Of a stretch of 64,000 bases of DNA, positions 48,227-58,141 are shown in pieces. A program made the translations under genes and the position numbers. Source of the DNA: a virus (Duplodnaviria > Caudoviricetes); IMG/VR virus record IMGVR_UViG_3300037067_011302, positions 64,001-128,000 of that record; one strand, given 5' to 3'. Position 1 is the stretch's first letter. The number at the start of each line of letters is the position of its first letter. The notes beneath the pieces were generated by a model. That model saw only the letters and a list, made by a program, of their open reading frames with translations, searched no databases and was not told where the DNA came from.

Positions 48227-49384
48227 TCAAGTGCCGGGCGAAAATGCAATCGGGTAGACGATCGTGACAATTCCACCCTCAGGTTGTGGGAAGCTCAGGC
48301 CGTAGAAGGCCCTCGTCACGCAGGAGACGACGCCGCCGTCCGGAATGTCGCCACCGCCGCTCACGTTGGAGACCGTGCCGTCACGACCGATGACGAAGCG
48401 GACGATCACGCGCCCGGCGAGGCTCGGGTTGTTGCGCAGACCGTTCTCGTAGCAGAGGCGGAAGCGGCCGAAGTTCTGGCGCACGATTCGTTGTATCACT
48501 TCCGGCGGGAGCCTCCCGCTGACGCTCGTGGCACCAATCCTCACTCGTGGAACTGCGATCCTGTGTCCTCCTGACAAACCTGCACGTCCGAACCCAAATC
48601 CTTGACCTGGACCCATACCTGCACCATGACCGATCGTTCCAATCGATCCTAGACCGATTCCTTCACCCTTCCCATTTCCTCCCTCGCCGATACCACTCAA
48701 TCCAAGCCCACCAGCACCGTAGGACTCACCGATGTCGCGACCCCACATTGCTCCATTAGCACTCAACGGGTCACTACCTGAGGCACTCTCAAGACCCCAG
48801 ATGGCCGTTGGTGAGTCGGGGTCAGCACCTGCTCCTGAGTTGAGCAGCCCAATCACACCAAATTCAGCAGCATCGCGGAGAGCACGTTGACGAGCGATGT
48901 GAGGATCGACGTTGTCAGAGGGTCCCTTCACGGCATAACGATTTCCACTGAGATCGCTGTTGACATTCCCCATCGATCCCTCTTCGCCCTTTGCCCGAGT
49001 GCCTGTGCCTCCTTCATGTTCATCACGACCTACGTCAACGACGGCTTCATCCCTTTGCTCAAAATCACGTTCAGAAGAAGAATCAACGAGGTGCTTGATG
49101 AAATAGCGCTGATCTTCAGAAACAACATCATCGCCGATCATCGATGACGGAGGCATGAACATTGCCATCGCCGTGAGAACCATGCAACCAGACGATTTGC
49201 TGTCATTACAATTAAAGTAAAGTGCTTCACCTGATTTTTTTGCCTGTTGTGCAAACCGACGTATGCTAACATCTGGCATCGCATCAAACAACGTTTGTGC
49301 AAATTTCATGCCAGTGTTAATTGCATGCATATCGTTTTTTGCCTCACGTAACACTTCAACAACATATGATTTTAACACATACAT
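48227..49384 (-). CDS. Host-derived AgmX/PglI (GltG-type, TonB-C-like) periplasmic region fused to a phage N-terminus
   Basis: RAKGEEGSMG; GGLGLSGIGEGG.G.GEGIGLG; GRLPPEVIQRIVRQNFGRFRLCYE.GL..NP.L.GRV.VRFVI...CV...F..L.FP.P.GG.V...YP. Confidence 0.85.
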   Translation of the reverse strand: MYVLKSYVVEVLREAKNDMHAINTGMKFAQTLFDAMPDVSIRRFAQQAKKSGEALYFNCNDSKSSGCMVLTAMAMFMPPSSMIGDDVVSEDQRYFIKHLVDSSSERDFEQRDEAVVDVGRDEHEGGTGTRAKGEEGSMGNVNSDLSGNRYAVKGPSDNVDPHIARQRALRDAAEFGVIGLLNSGAGADPDSPTAIWGLESASGSDPLSANGAMWGRDIGESYGAGGLGLSGIGEGGNGKGEGIGLGSIGTIGHGAGMGPGQGFGFGRAGLSGGHRIAVPRVRIGATSVSGRLPPEVIQRIVRQNFGRFRLCYENGLRNNPSLAGRVIVRFVIGRDGTVSNVSGGGDIPDGGVVSCVTRAFYGLSFPQPEGGIVTIVYPIAFSPGT

Positions 49385-49465
49385 AAATAATATGTATTAT
49401 TCGCGAAATCGTGAAAAAACGTCTGGTGTTGGGCAAATGAACTGTCGATATGTGAAACTCATTTG

Positions 49466-49762
49466 CTAACGATCCGCCCAGAAAGAACGTCTTTCCTCTG
49501 CCACTTTACGAACTTTCGGGTCAACGTCATTCAACATTGATTCAACGTGTTGACCAATCCTGAGCACGACCTCATATCGCACGTGGCTATCATCGTCTTC
49601 CATCATCTAAGTGAGGTATTCTTTGTCAATGTGTTGAGCAACAAAACGACGTACTCTTATGCTCTCATCGTTCATCATCTAGGGGGAAGCAGCAGCACGA
49701 TCTTCTAGAAGGACGATCGATTCCCTGATCAGACGTCTCAACACGAAAATACGCATCTTCAT
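49466..49762 (-). pseudogene. Degenerate fourth paralog (D) of the leader/LRV family
   Basis: MKMRIFVLRRLIRESIVLLEDR joined directly to about 3 repeats; in-frame TAGs at 49679-49681 and 49607-49609. Confidence 0.75.
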
Positions 49763-49831
49763 AGATGCAATTAGACGTGTAACGACAATGACAGGAAATG
49801 ATGAGATTTAACTACTAAATCTTGTTAGATG

Positions 49832-51241
49832 TCACAGGATCTGTGCCGCCAACGTTGCCAACGTGCTGCGCTCGCCCTTGATCAGGCTGACGTGACCGGC
49901 GATCTGTTGCTCCTTGAAACGTTCCGCCACGTACGTGAGGCCATTCGTGTAAATGTCAACATGGACATTATCGATTTGGGTAATATCGCCGATTAATACA
50001 ACCTTTGATCCCTCACCGACGCGAGTTATGATCGTCTTGATCTCGTGTGTTGACAGATTCTGACACTCGTCAACGATGACGAACGAATTTGGGATCGATC
50101 GACCACGAATGTAGGTCAGTGCCTCAACCTCAATGAGACCCTTCTCCTGGAGCAGTGACAAGTACGTTCCCTCATCGTGGGACGGTTTTTCACCATTGAA
50201 GTCCTTCGACGATTGCTTACGTACCTTCTGAGGTGGACGCTTCGACCCAAACAAGAAGTTCAGGTTGTCCTTGATGGGCGCGATCCACGGGTCCATCTTT
50301 TCGTTCAACGTTCCCGGGAGGAATCCGATGTCCTTTCCCATTGGCTGAACGGGCTTCGTCACGATGAGTCGATCGTACACCGCTCGAGATGAAGTGCCGA
50401 TTCCCTTGACCTGCTCAAGAGCAGCCGCCAACGTGACGCATGTCTTTCCGCACCCTGCTGGACCACCCAACGTGACAAGCTTCACGTCATTGTCAAACAA
50501 CAGCTCGAGCGCGAACGTCTGTTCCTTGTTCCTGGGCTTCAGGCCAAACGCAGACTTGCTCTCTTCGAGTGGAAGCAATGCATTGGCACTCTTCACGTAC
50601 CTCGTGATCGCTGACGATGAAGGCTGACCCTCGGCGACATACTTCAAGATGACGATCTGATTGGGAAACAATCGCGTTTCAAACAATACGTCCGACTCGA
50701 CGGCGATCGTCTTGTTGCCGTAGAACTGCTCGACGACGCTGAGCGGAACCTCGATCGTCGTGACGCCGCGGTAAAAGCTCTGTGGATCGTGAGCAATGCG
50801 CATCTTGAGGTAATCATCGCACTTGATCCCCATGCTGTCGCACTTGATCCTGACGTTGATGTCCTTAGAAACGAGGATCGCCTCTAGGCCACAATCAGGC
50901 TCAAACGTCTGCATGAACGCAATGATCAGATTGTCGACCTTGTTGCTCAACAGATCGGTGGGCAACCTACTATTGAGTTCATTGCCGATCATTGCAACGC
51001 TCAACGTTCCTCCACCCGTCAGCGGCACGCCCTTCTGTAGGCTAAAGCCAGACGTCCTCATCTCATCAAGAGTACGACTGACCTGTCGTGCATTTCGACC
51101 CACGTCATCCATGCGGCTCTTGTGCCTGTCCAATTCCTCGAGGACGACAAGTGGAATGATCACGTCATTGTCTTCAAATGCAAACATTGCATTCGAGTCA
51201 CTGAGAAGCACGTTGGTGTCGAGGACGTATATCTTTTTCAT
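49832..51241 (-). CDS. phoH: PIN domain + PhoH-family ATPase
   Basis: VLDTNVL; EELD; SKD.N; GPAGCGKT; RGRS; DECQN; GD..QID. Confidence 0.92.
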   Translation of the reverse strand: MKKIYVLDTNVLLSDSNAMFAFEDNDVIIPLVVLEELDRHKSRMDDVGRNARQVSRTLDEMRTSGFSLQKGVPLTGGGTLSVAMIGNELNSRLPTDLLSNKVDNLIIAFMQTFEPDCGLEAILVSKDINVRIKCDSMGIKCDDYLKMRIAHDPQSFYRGVTTIEVPLSVVEQFYGNKTIAVESDVLFETRLFPNQIVILKYVAEGQPSSSAITRYVKSANALLPLEESKSAFGLKPRNKEQTFALELLFDNDVKLVTLGGPAGCGKTCVTLAAALEQVKGIGTSSRAVYDRLIVTKPVQPMGKDIGFLPGTLNEKMDPWIAPIKDNLNFLFGSKRPPQKVRKQSSKDFNGEKPSHDEGTYLSLLQEKGLIEVEALTYIRGRSIPNSFVIVDECQNLSTHEIKTIITRVGEGSKVVLIGDITQIDNVHVDIYTNGLTYVAERFKEQQIAGHVSLIKGERSTLATLAAQIL

Positions 51242-51300
51242 TCTTTTGCCTTCAGTTAGTGTACTACATCACAGCGATGCTTACATTGAAATTGACCGCA

Positions 51301-51570
51301 ATGATTAATCCTAAGACATGTTATAAAACACAGTCTGAGCACAACGTTCGTTGTCAAAGACAAGGGTGCAAACACTGGTTCAAGTGCGCCGAGTGCAACA
51401 ATTGCACGATCATCGGTGCTCTAGACGGACAACACTCTCTACAGGAGATAGGTGACATGTTGGGCACCACTCGCATGCAAATTTGTCGCGTTGAAAGGGA
51501 CGTATTGCAAAAGTTCCGTGAGAGTGCTGAACGTATGATTGAACAATCAGACACGATCCCGACGTCGTGA
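51301..51570 (+). CDS. Cys-rich domain + sigma-70 region-4-like HTH
   Basis: SLQEIGDMLGTTRMQICRVE..L.K preceded by a Cys/His cluster. Confidence 0.7.
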   Translation: MINPKTCYKTQSEHNVRCQRQGCKHWFKCAECNNCTIIGALDGQHSLQEIGDMLGTTRMQICRVERDVLQKFRESAERMIEQSDTIPTS

Positions 51571-52044
51571 ACGCTTACGAGGTGCTTCAGTCTCAACGAC
51601 TTCCTCAACCTCTTCCTTGATGACGACGTCAGGAACGGTGTCAGGCAATTGACAGTCGACGGTGATCTCTTTGAGTTCGACGGGCTCTGTGATTGTCTTG
51701 CTCACGTGTAGAACGTTCTCATCAACGACGAGCACCTTTTCACCAACGTCGTCAAACATCAGGTCAGACAGTGCAGAATCCATGTCACCTGTGCAAGGCA
51801 ACGTCGGAGTGCTTTGTTCAACGTTGGAACCTCCAACGAGAATGACATTGTCGTTGTCGACGATCGTCACTGCATCGACCACCGAACCAGTTCCTTCAAA
51901 TGCCACGTCAACAAAGTTGACCTTGCTCTGTGCAACCGGACGAGGCACTCTGAGGTGACCCGAGTAATTCAACTCACTGTGTGGTTTCTTTGGATCGAGT
52001 GCACGATCCGTGATGTCCGCTAGGACTGCTCTTGGTGAAGGCAT
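51547..52044 (-). CDS. Hypothetical protein
   Basis: AAGGA RBS; acidic with basic tail. Confidence 0.6.
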   Translation of the reverse strand: MPSPRAVLADITDRALDPKKPHSELNYSGHLRVPRPVAQSKVNFVDVAFEGTGSVVDAVTIVDNDNVILVGGSNVEQSTPTLPCTGDMDSALSDLMFDDVGEKVLVVDENVLHVSKTITEPVELKEITVDCQLPDTVPDVVIKEEVEEVVETEAPRKRSRRRDRV

Positions 52045-52077
52045 AATTCCTTTCCTTAATTAGGCACCATCGTCAAT

Positions 52078-52551
52078 TCAAGCGTCACTTGTGTCGATCT
52101 TGCGCTCATCGCTCTCATCATCTGCTTGTTTGCGAACGAGTGCACCATTTAAGTATGCCTTCAACTCTTCAGCGATCTTCCGTTGTTTTTCGATCTCCCT
52201 CAACAATTTTTTCCTTGAGCGTTCCAACATCGGAGTCGTGTCCTTCGTCCATGAAGTGCACGATGCCGTCGATTTTCGATTCGCTCGTTTGATCGGATAG
52301 AGCGCGTCATAGATGTTCATGATGTCAATGACCATCTGTTCTGAGTACTTTGCGATCAATCTAAGTGCCCGGCGCGCGCGAAGACCTGGTGAATACATGC
52401 CGGACTCACTCCTATAGACATCATACTCAATGAGCGTGATCAACTCTTTTATACGAGTCCATCGTTCTAGAAGAGTCTTTGGACTGTTCTGAACAACCTT
52501 GACCTTGCTGGGATTCTTCTTGTACTTTACTTTCTTCTTTTGCCTTGCCAT
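52078..52551 (-). CDS. Basic protein, Hc1 histone-like family resemblance
   Basis: E.D....G..S.GLRARRALR; K/R-rich. Confidence 0.45.
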   Translation of the reverse strand: MARQKKKVKYKKNPSKVKVVQNSPKTLLERWTRIKELITLIEYDVYRSESGMYSPGLRARRALRLIAKYSEQMVIDIMNIYDALYPIKRANRKSTASCTSWTKDTTPMLERSRKKLLREIEKQRKIAEELKAYLNGALVRKQADDESDERKIDTSDA

Positions 52552-52578
52552 TACCCCACACTACAACACGATCGCAGA

Positions 52579-54207
52579 TCAACACAACAACTTTGAAAAA
52601 TCATCTGGAAAGAACCTCTTGTTCTTGCGAAAGAAGTATCCCCAATCAGCGTCTAGAATATAAGAGATAGCATGATCGTTTGAATTCCTCACGCTTCTTC
52701 CTAGCGCCTGAACGATCGTCTTAGCAGTCGTGTAGTCATACCAAACAGGATCACTCTTCATCCTTCGCTTGATCACCTGATCGCCTATGTAAGGATAGGG
52801 AACCTTGCAGAGCACCTGAAACCTACTTGCGTCATCAGCGAGGTCAACGCCTTCTGTCATTGAGGGTGACAAGATGACTGTCGGTTCTGACGTCTCGAGG
52901 TGCAACTTTAACACCCTCTCACGATCTGCCGACTCATGGATCAACAACCTTTGTGAACTGACGTGCTCCTTGATGTATTGCGCGATTCGATACGTCTGAG
53001 CGTGAATTATCCCCTTCTCATTTGGGTGCAGTGCCAAGATATCGTTGATCACATCGACCATGACTGGGAGCGTCTTGTCGATGTTCTTGAGCGACATGCT
53101 GCCACACGAAAGAAAACACACCTTTCGATTGTTGACATCGAACGGTGAAGGCATACGACAATACGCAACGTCATTGACGTCCAATCCGACCGATCGACAG
53201 AACACGTCCTTGTCAAGGATCGTTGCTGACATCATCAAGACATAGTCGCCGAACTTGTAGAGGTGATCGGCGGCGTACGTTGAAACGTCAACGGGTTTGA
53301 ACTCAAACTTCTTGAAGACCTTTCTCGTCTTCGTCAAGCACTGTTCAACGTTCATGACCCATTTGTCAGGGTCGTACTCGTCGATGAAACGATTGACCTT
53401 GCAAATGTGCTTGTCAAGCATTGAGTATTGCTTGCTAATCTGCGCAACGTTCTCAACGTGTTGCTTCAGTTGCTTCTTGATCTGTCTTTCTGCACCGTTC
53501 AAACGCTTGACAACGCCTGCTTTATAGACGCTTGACACCCACTCGAACACATCAGCCTGTTCGATTGACTTGGGCGGCCGACACCTCAACACGTCACTCG
53601 CAAAACGTTCCGAAAACATCACCGCGATGAACGATGAAAGTGAATCCTCGATGGTGTGACACTCGTCGAGCACCAACAATTTTCTCGGCGTGAGCTTACC
53701 AGCGTATTGAGTCTCGGCAAGAAAGTAAGAAAAATTCGTCACGCCAATGATGGAGTGAAGAAACTTTTGTTTGTCAACGACATATTGGCAATTGTCCTTG
53801 CAACACTCGTAGAATTCAGTTCCCAACAACGTTGAGGCGAGGTTCGCGAGAATCCTCCTCGATTCACCACACGTTTGGTCAACATAGTACTTACACGCGT
53901 AGTTTGAACTGGACTTGATTGACCTAACGATGTCAAGCGCATTCGGACCAAAGTCGCGTAGGTATTGATCCTGCAATACCTTTTGTGTTGTGAGCACGTA
54001 GGATTGTGCTGAAACGTCCAGGTCGTTTAGGTACCTAGCGATGGTCACGGCAATCGCTGACTTTCCAATTCCAGTCGGAAGGTCCATCAGGCAAACGCGC
54101 TTCTTCTGAACAAGAAATGCATCGAGGGCGAAATTGATCGCCCTCCTTTGTTCGTCTCTCACCTCGTCAAAAGGAAAGAGATTATCAAACGAAAATTCTG
54201 TGCTCAT
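52579..54207 (-). CDS. DinG/XPD-family SF2 helicase
   Basis: R.EQ; PTGIGKS; Cys cluster; DECH; SAT; EGVD; QALGRSVR. Confidence 0.9.
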   Translation of the reverse strand: MSTEFSFDNLFPFDEVRDEQRRAINFALDAFLVQKKRVCLMDLPTGIGKSAIAVTIARYLNDLDVSAQSYVLTTQKVLQDQYLRDFGPNALDIVRSIKSSSNYACKYYVDQTCGESRRILANLASTLLGTEFYECCKDNCQYVVDKQKFLHSIIGVTNFSYFLAETQYAGKLTPRKLLVLDECHTIEDSLSSFIAVMFSERFASDVLRCRPPKSIEQADVFEWVSSVYKAGVVKRLNGAERQIKKQLKQHVENVAQISKQYSMLDKHICKVNRFIDEYDPDKWVMNVEQCLTKTRKVFKKFEFKPVDVSTYAADHLYKFGDYVLMMSATILDKDVFCRSVGLDVNDVAYCRMPSPFDVNNRKVCFLSCGSMSLKNIDKTLPVMVDVINDILALHPNEKGIIHAQTYRIAQYIKEHVSSQRLLIHESADRERVLKLHLETSEPTVILSPSMTEGVDLADDASRFQVLCKVPYPYIGDQVIKRRMKSDPVWYDYTTAKTIVQALGRSVRNSNDHAISYILDADWGYFFRKNKRFFPDDFSKLLC

Positions 54208-54243
54208 GCCCTATTGTAAATACACGTCAGACGATACCTTCAC

Positions 54244-54837
54244 TCATCCAACGATCCGGTCGACGATTCCAAGTTTGATCGCCTCTTCGGCCGAGAAATA
54301 GCGATCCACACCACACCTCATGATCTCCTTGACTGCCTTCAAGGACATCTTCGTCTCAGACGCCAATGCCTGTTCGGCAAGTTCCTGACGACGTCGAATC
54401 TCTTCGGCGGTATTGACAAGTTCAAACACGTTCCCAATTGCACCTGCCGACAGAGGATGAATCATCACTCGTGCCGTCCGACCGATCAACCTCTCACCCT
54501 TCTTGCCGGATGCAAGAATGAGCACGCCTGCTGATAGGATCTTTCCAAATCCAACAGTGTACACTGGCGATGGAAGGAACTTGATGACGTCGTAGAGGTT
54601 GAACATCTCATCGACTGAACCTCCATTCGTTGAGACGACGAGCCTGATGGGATTTTGGTTGATCCTGGACAGTTCAAACAACTGCAGCACGACCATCGAA
54701 ATCATGCGTTCAGTGACATCGCCGTGCAACATGACAACGCGTGAGTCGAGCGACATCATCTGTGGCTGTTGTACCGAATCATCGTAAGACTCGTCAGGAC
54801 AGTTATTTCGAGATTTGTCGACAATCTTCCTACCCAT
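54244..54837 (-). CDS. clpP: ClpP-family protease subunit
   Basis: S.NGGSV; catalytic Ser (ILSAG), His (MIHP) and Asp (DRYFSAEEA). Confidence 0.88.
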   Translation of the reverse strand: MGRKIVDKSRNNCPDESYDDSVQQPQMMSLDSRVVMLHGDVTERMISMVVLQLFELSRINQNPIRLVVSTNGGSVDEMFNLYDVIKFLPSPVYTVGFGKILSAGVLILASGKKGERLIGRTARVMIHPLSAGAIGNVFELVNTAEEIRRRQELAEQALASETKMSLKAVKEIMRCGVDRYFSAEEAIKLGIVDRIVG

Positions 54838-55069
54838 TAGTATCTCCTTGTGACAAAAACACTTTGTTACCTGCGATGACCTTGATAGGATCAGTGAGAG
54901 CACGCATGAGCTCGATGTCCTCAATCTCAAGAGCAAGCAAGTAGATGATCATGATCCTTTGACGTTCCGAAATTTCAAGTGCTGAAATATCACGAACAAG
55001 TTCACGACACAGCGTATTCTCAGCCGCTTGACGTTCCGAATCCAGTTGACCATAGGTCATTGTACTCAT
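54830..55069 (-). CDS. Hypothetical protein
   Basis: Coupled ORF in the operon. Confidence 0.65.
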   Translation of the reverse strand: MSTMTYGQLDSERQAAENTLCRELVRDISALEISERQRIMIIYLLALEIEDIELMRALTDPIKVIAGNKVFLSQGDTNG

Positions 55070-55554
55070 ACGATCACTTCTTCCCTCACAAATGTGTCAA
55101 CAGTGAACAGTCCCTCACCAACGATCACGACGTACTTTCCTTGCTTAACGTTTCCCTCTGTGTCAGACGTCAACAACACGACGTCACCCCACCTCTTTTC
55201 GTCACAGATGAATTTTGCCTGTTCCCACGTCGCCTGATCGACGTCGTTGGCGTCCAACAGTGCGCTCAATTTCTGTGGTAACGAACTCCTAATGTCGTCT
55301 ATCGTCAGTGCCGACGACATATGTTCTCGGTTCTGAACGATGTCAGAACGATTGATCTCAACGACGAGGTGAACGATGCCACAGTTCGGACACTGAACGT
55401 ACTTCTTTTGCACAACATCGTCAACAATCACCGAAAACACCGAAAATTGGTGCAAAGGAGGATCATTGGCCCTCCTGAATTGAGGCAATACACACCTACA
55501 CTTGATCAGGTGTTTTTGACCGACCTTGGTTGACATTGACATGCGCTCACTCAT
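55066..55554 (-). CDS. Zinc-ribbon hypothetical protein
   Basis: HLIKCRC; CPNCG.VH. Confidence 0.7.
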   Translation of the reverse strand: MSERMSMSTKVGQKHLIKCRCVLPQFRRANDPPLHQFSVFSVIVDDVVQKKYVQCPNCGIVHLVVEINRSDIVQNREHMSSALTIDDIRSSLPQKLSALLDANDVDQATWEQAKFICDEKRWGDVVLLTSDTEGNVKQGKYVVIVGEGLFTVDTFVREEVIV

Positions 55555-55604
55555 TTGAACGGTTCAACGATGCAAAAATACTTCGAATTGAATCTACGAA
55601 CGTA

Positions 55605-55898
55605 CTATGCACTTTTTTTCGCGCCGCGCTTCGGCGACGCATCATCCTTTTCAACGTCCTTGAGGTGTGCAAATTCCGCGTCGAACACCGCGATGAACGA
55701 CTTGATGCACGACTTGATGCAACGCTCATAGCCTTCATCGATGCTCGCATGGACCAACACGAGAACCTGATTAACATTTTCAGGACTGATCCCGTATTGT
55801 TTTCTTGACGACGCTACGGTGACATTTTTGTCAATGACGTCCTTGATTGAATCAGCAATCTGCCTCGCGGTCCTCGACAATTTTTCAGAAAGTTTCAT
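55605..55898 (-). CDS. Hypothetical protein
   Basis: GAGGAG RBS before MKLSEK. Confidence 0.65.
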   Translation of the reverse strand: MKLSEKLSRTARQIADSIKDVIDKNVTVASSRKQYGISPENVNQVLVLVHASIDEGYERCIKSCIKSFIAVFDAEFAHLKDVEKDDASPKRGAKKSA

Positions 55899-55960
55899 GT
55901 TGTACTCCTCACTGCATAGTACACCGCACACGATACTTACATTGGATTTCGGTGATCAAA

Positions 55961-56803
55961 ATGACAAAGATGACTCTCAAAGAACACATGCAGATCAAGA
56001 AGACGCGCGGCATTGTCAAAAAGGCACACCTCAGTGAGTCATTCCAAAAGAAGGGCAAAGTGACGATCAACGAGGCACTCAAGAAAGAGGACCTCGACAA
56101 GATGACGAAGATCATTGACAGCATTAGAGCACTGAAGAACTACGGTGTTGCATCGATCAGTGATGCCGCCGAAAAAGCAGCGCTCGATGCAGCAAATTAC
56201 ATCAGCAAGGGAACGGTTGGAAAAGCATGGAGTAGTCTCAAGACGATGTTCACGTCAGGTAAGGCAAATCCTGTCGCGAAGGCCGCTGGATTTGTATCAC
56301 TCGTAGGAGGTGCGTGCAGTCAAATGCCTCAAATCATCAAGAATGTTGTTGGAAATTTCGAGGCAACGAGCAACCAAACGTTGACCCAACTCGTCACAGA
56401 CGAAAAGAAAAAGAAGCAATTGAACGATCTGCTGATGAAGGCGTTCACTCCTGACAATCCGCTCGAAAAATTCTACGGAAATACAAATGCATTCGTGAAA
56501 GACGTCATGAACACTCCGTTAGAGAGCATCTCGAAGCTCGTCGACGGCGTTGCAAAGCTGAGTCCTGCCGTTGAAAGCATCATGAAATCTCAGGCAACAG
56601 AACAGCCCCAGCAAGCTCAGCAGCAAGCACCCGGCACGAAGCCAGCCGAAAAACAAAATGTGTCGACCGACAATGAAGCTGCCGCGGCGCTTTCAAAGAA
56701 GATGAATGACCCTGATTTCACATTGAAATTGTTGAAACTTGCGTCAGATCCGGAGACCAAGCAACTGATGCTACGGTTGATCAATCAGCCAGCAAATCAG
56801 TGA
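55961..56803 (+). CDS. Hypothetical late protein (possible internal head protein)
   Basis: ATACTTA at 55933; LKE, LSE and INE sites in the N-terminus. Confidence 0.6.
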   Translation: MTKMTLKEHMQIKKTRGIVKKAHLSESFQKKGKVTINEALKKEDLDKMTKIIDSIRALKNYGVASISDAAEKAALDAANYISKGTVGKAWSSLKTMFTSGKANPVAKAAGFVSLVGGACSQMPQIIKNVVGNFEATSNQTLTQLVTDEKKKKQLNDLLMKAFTPDNPLEKFYGNTNAFVKDVMNTPLESISKLVDGVAKLSPAVESIMKSQATEQPQQAQQQAPGTKPAEKQNVSTDNEAAAALSKKMNDPDFTLKLLKLASDPETKQLMLRLINQPANQ

Positions 56804-56807
56804 CCGA

Positions 56808-58031
56808 TCACGCAAGCACGGCACCCAATCGTTGAACTAGATCGCGCAATTGTTTGAACCGTGCGTTGACGGCAACCTCTGTCGACAATAACGTGCTTCC
56901 GTTTGAACCACGGACGATGCCGTACTTCGTTGCCGCGTGAAATGCTCGTAGTGTCCTATCGATCGATTGCATCCTCGATATGTACATTTCATCCGCACGT
57001 AGCCTGATCACAACGTGATTTGGAGACAACGATCGAATACGATCGTCCAACAATGACGCAACCTCATCGACAGTCTGTTCACTACGTTTTTTTCTGATGA
57101 ATTCAACGTGATCAATGACCCTACGTGACGTGCTTGATGACGTGATCGTGACGTTCGATCGTCCTATCATCGCCCTGTCAATCGTCCCACACTTTGACAA
57201 CGTGATCGCACCGATCAAATCGCCCTTTGTGCTCGACACGACGTCAATCCCTGAAACGATAGCAATGTCGTTCAGTACATTGATTCCACTGACGTCAAAC
57301 TTCACCGTGAAAGGAATCACGCCCAACGTACCTCGATCATAGTTGACGCGGATCGTGTTCAACACGTCGTCCGACAATCCTCGTGTGAACAACAACACAC
57401 GTTCTCCTGATTCATGTGCACCCTCAAATAGACCGTGTAATTCACCAACTGTTTCAACGTACCCATCAATGCACAGGATCCTGGGGTGGTGCAGAGTTGT
57501 GACAATATTCCAACATGGAACCAATGAAAATGTGTACCCATTGATCAGTTCAATCGATTCTACGTCAGACGACGATCGTTCAATGATGATCCTTCCGTTG
57601 TATCCCGCGAGGTCGAGCGCCTCAATCACAACGTCATGAACGATCGGATCGTCGACGAATGTCTCTAAAATAGATGCAACATCACTCCTAAACGGAACGC
57701 TCACCGTCACTCCAGAGTGACCGCTAGGGCCGCTTTCACAATTTAATGGTGGGACATCCATCGTCAGTCCAAAGGACGTTTCTAGGATGGTTTCTATGAA
57801 ACTGTCGAACCCTCCCGGTCCATCCTGTTCCGCTGACAATGCATGGGATATGACAAGTTCATACACTACACGGTGAAGTTCATCGTTAAACTTCAGTCCG
57901 AACAACGTCTGGAACTTCGTCTGGATGTACGTTCTATCTCGACAGACCAACACTCGTTCTAAATGATGGGACTGGATGTTTCTCAGTTCATCAAGAATGA
58001 ATTTAAGCGCAGAAATGACTTCATTTCTCAT
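56808..58031 (-). CDS. Divergent, shortened GroEL-like chaperonin
   Basis: EAL..AG..G.IIIE; GY.F; apical-domain pattern; L.DIA.VSG; L..RIRSL. Confidence 0.65.
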   Translation of the reverse strand: MRNEVISALKFILDELRNIQSHHLERVLVCRDRTYIQTKFQTLFGLKFNDELHRVVYELVISHALSAEQDGPGGFDSFIETILETSFGLTMDVPPLNCESGPSGHSGVTVSVPFRSDVASILETFVDDPIVHDVVIEALDLAGYNGRIIIERSSSDVESIELINGYTFSLVPCWNIVTTLHHPRILCIDGYVETVGELHGLFEGAHESGERVLLFTRGLSDDVLNTIRVNYDRGTLGVIPFTVKFDVSGINVLNDIAIVSGIDVVSSTKGDLIGAITLSKCGTIDRAMIGRSNVTITSSSTSRRVIDHVEFIRKKRSEQTVDEVASLLDDRIRSLSPNHVVIRLRADEMYISRMQSIDRTLRAFHAATKYGIVRGSNGSTLLSTEVAVNARFKQLRDLVQRLGAVLA

Positions 58032-58141
58032 GAAAACGTGATGACATGTCACAGATGAATTTTATGCCACGATGTGACAACTGGATTGTATGCGATCACA
58101 TTGAGAGATTATCTCCTCAGTGTATTCTACGCGCCCGCATT

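Noticed and set aside
49384-49762. Readthrough fusion of the relic paralog to the GltG-like gene
   Set aside because: Same frame, but an additional TAA intervenes and the downstream gene has its own promoter-like motif
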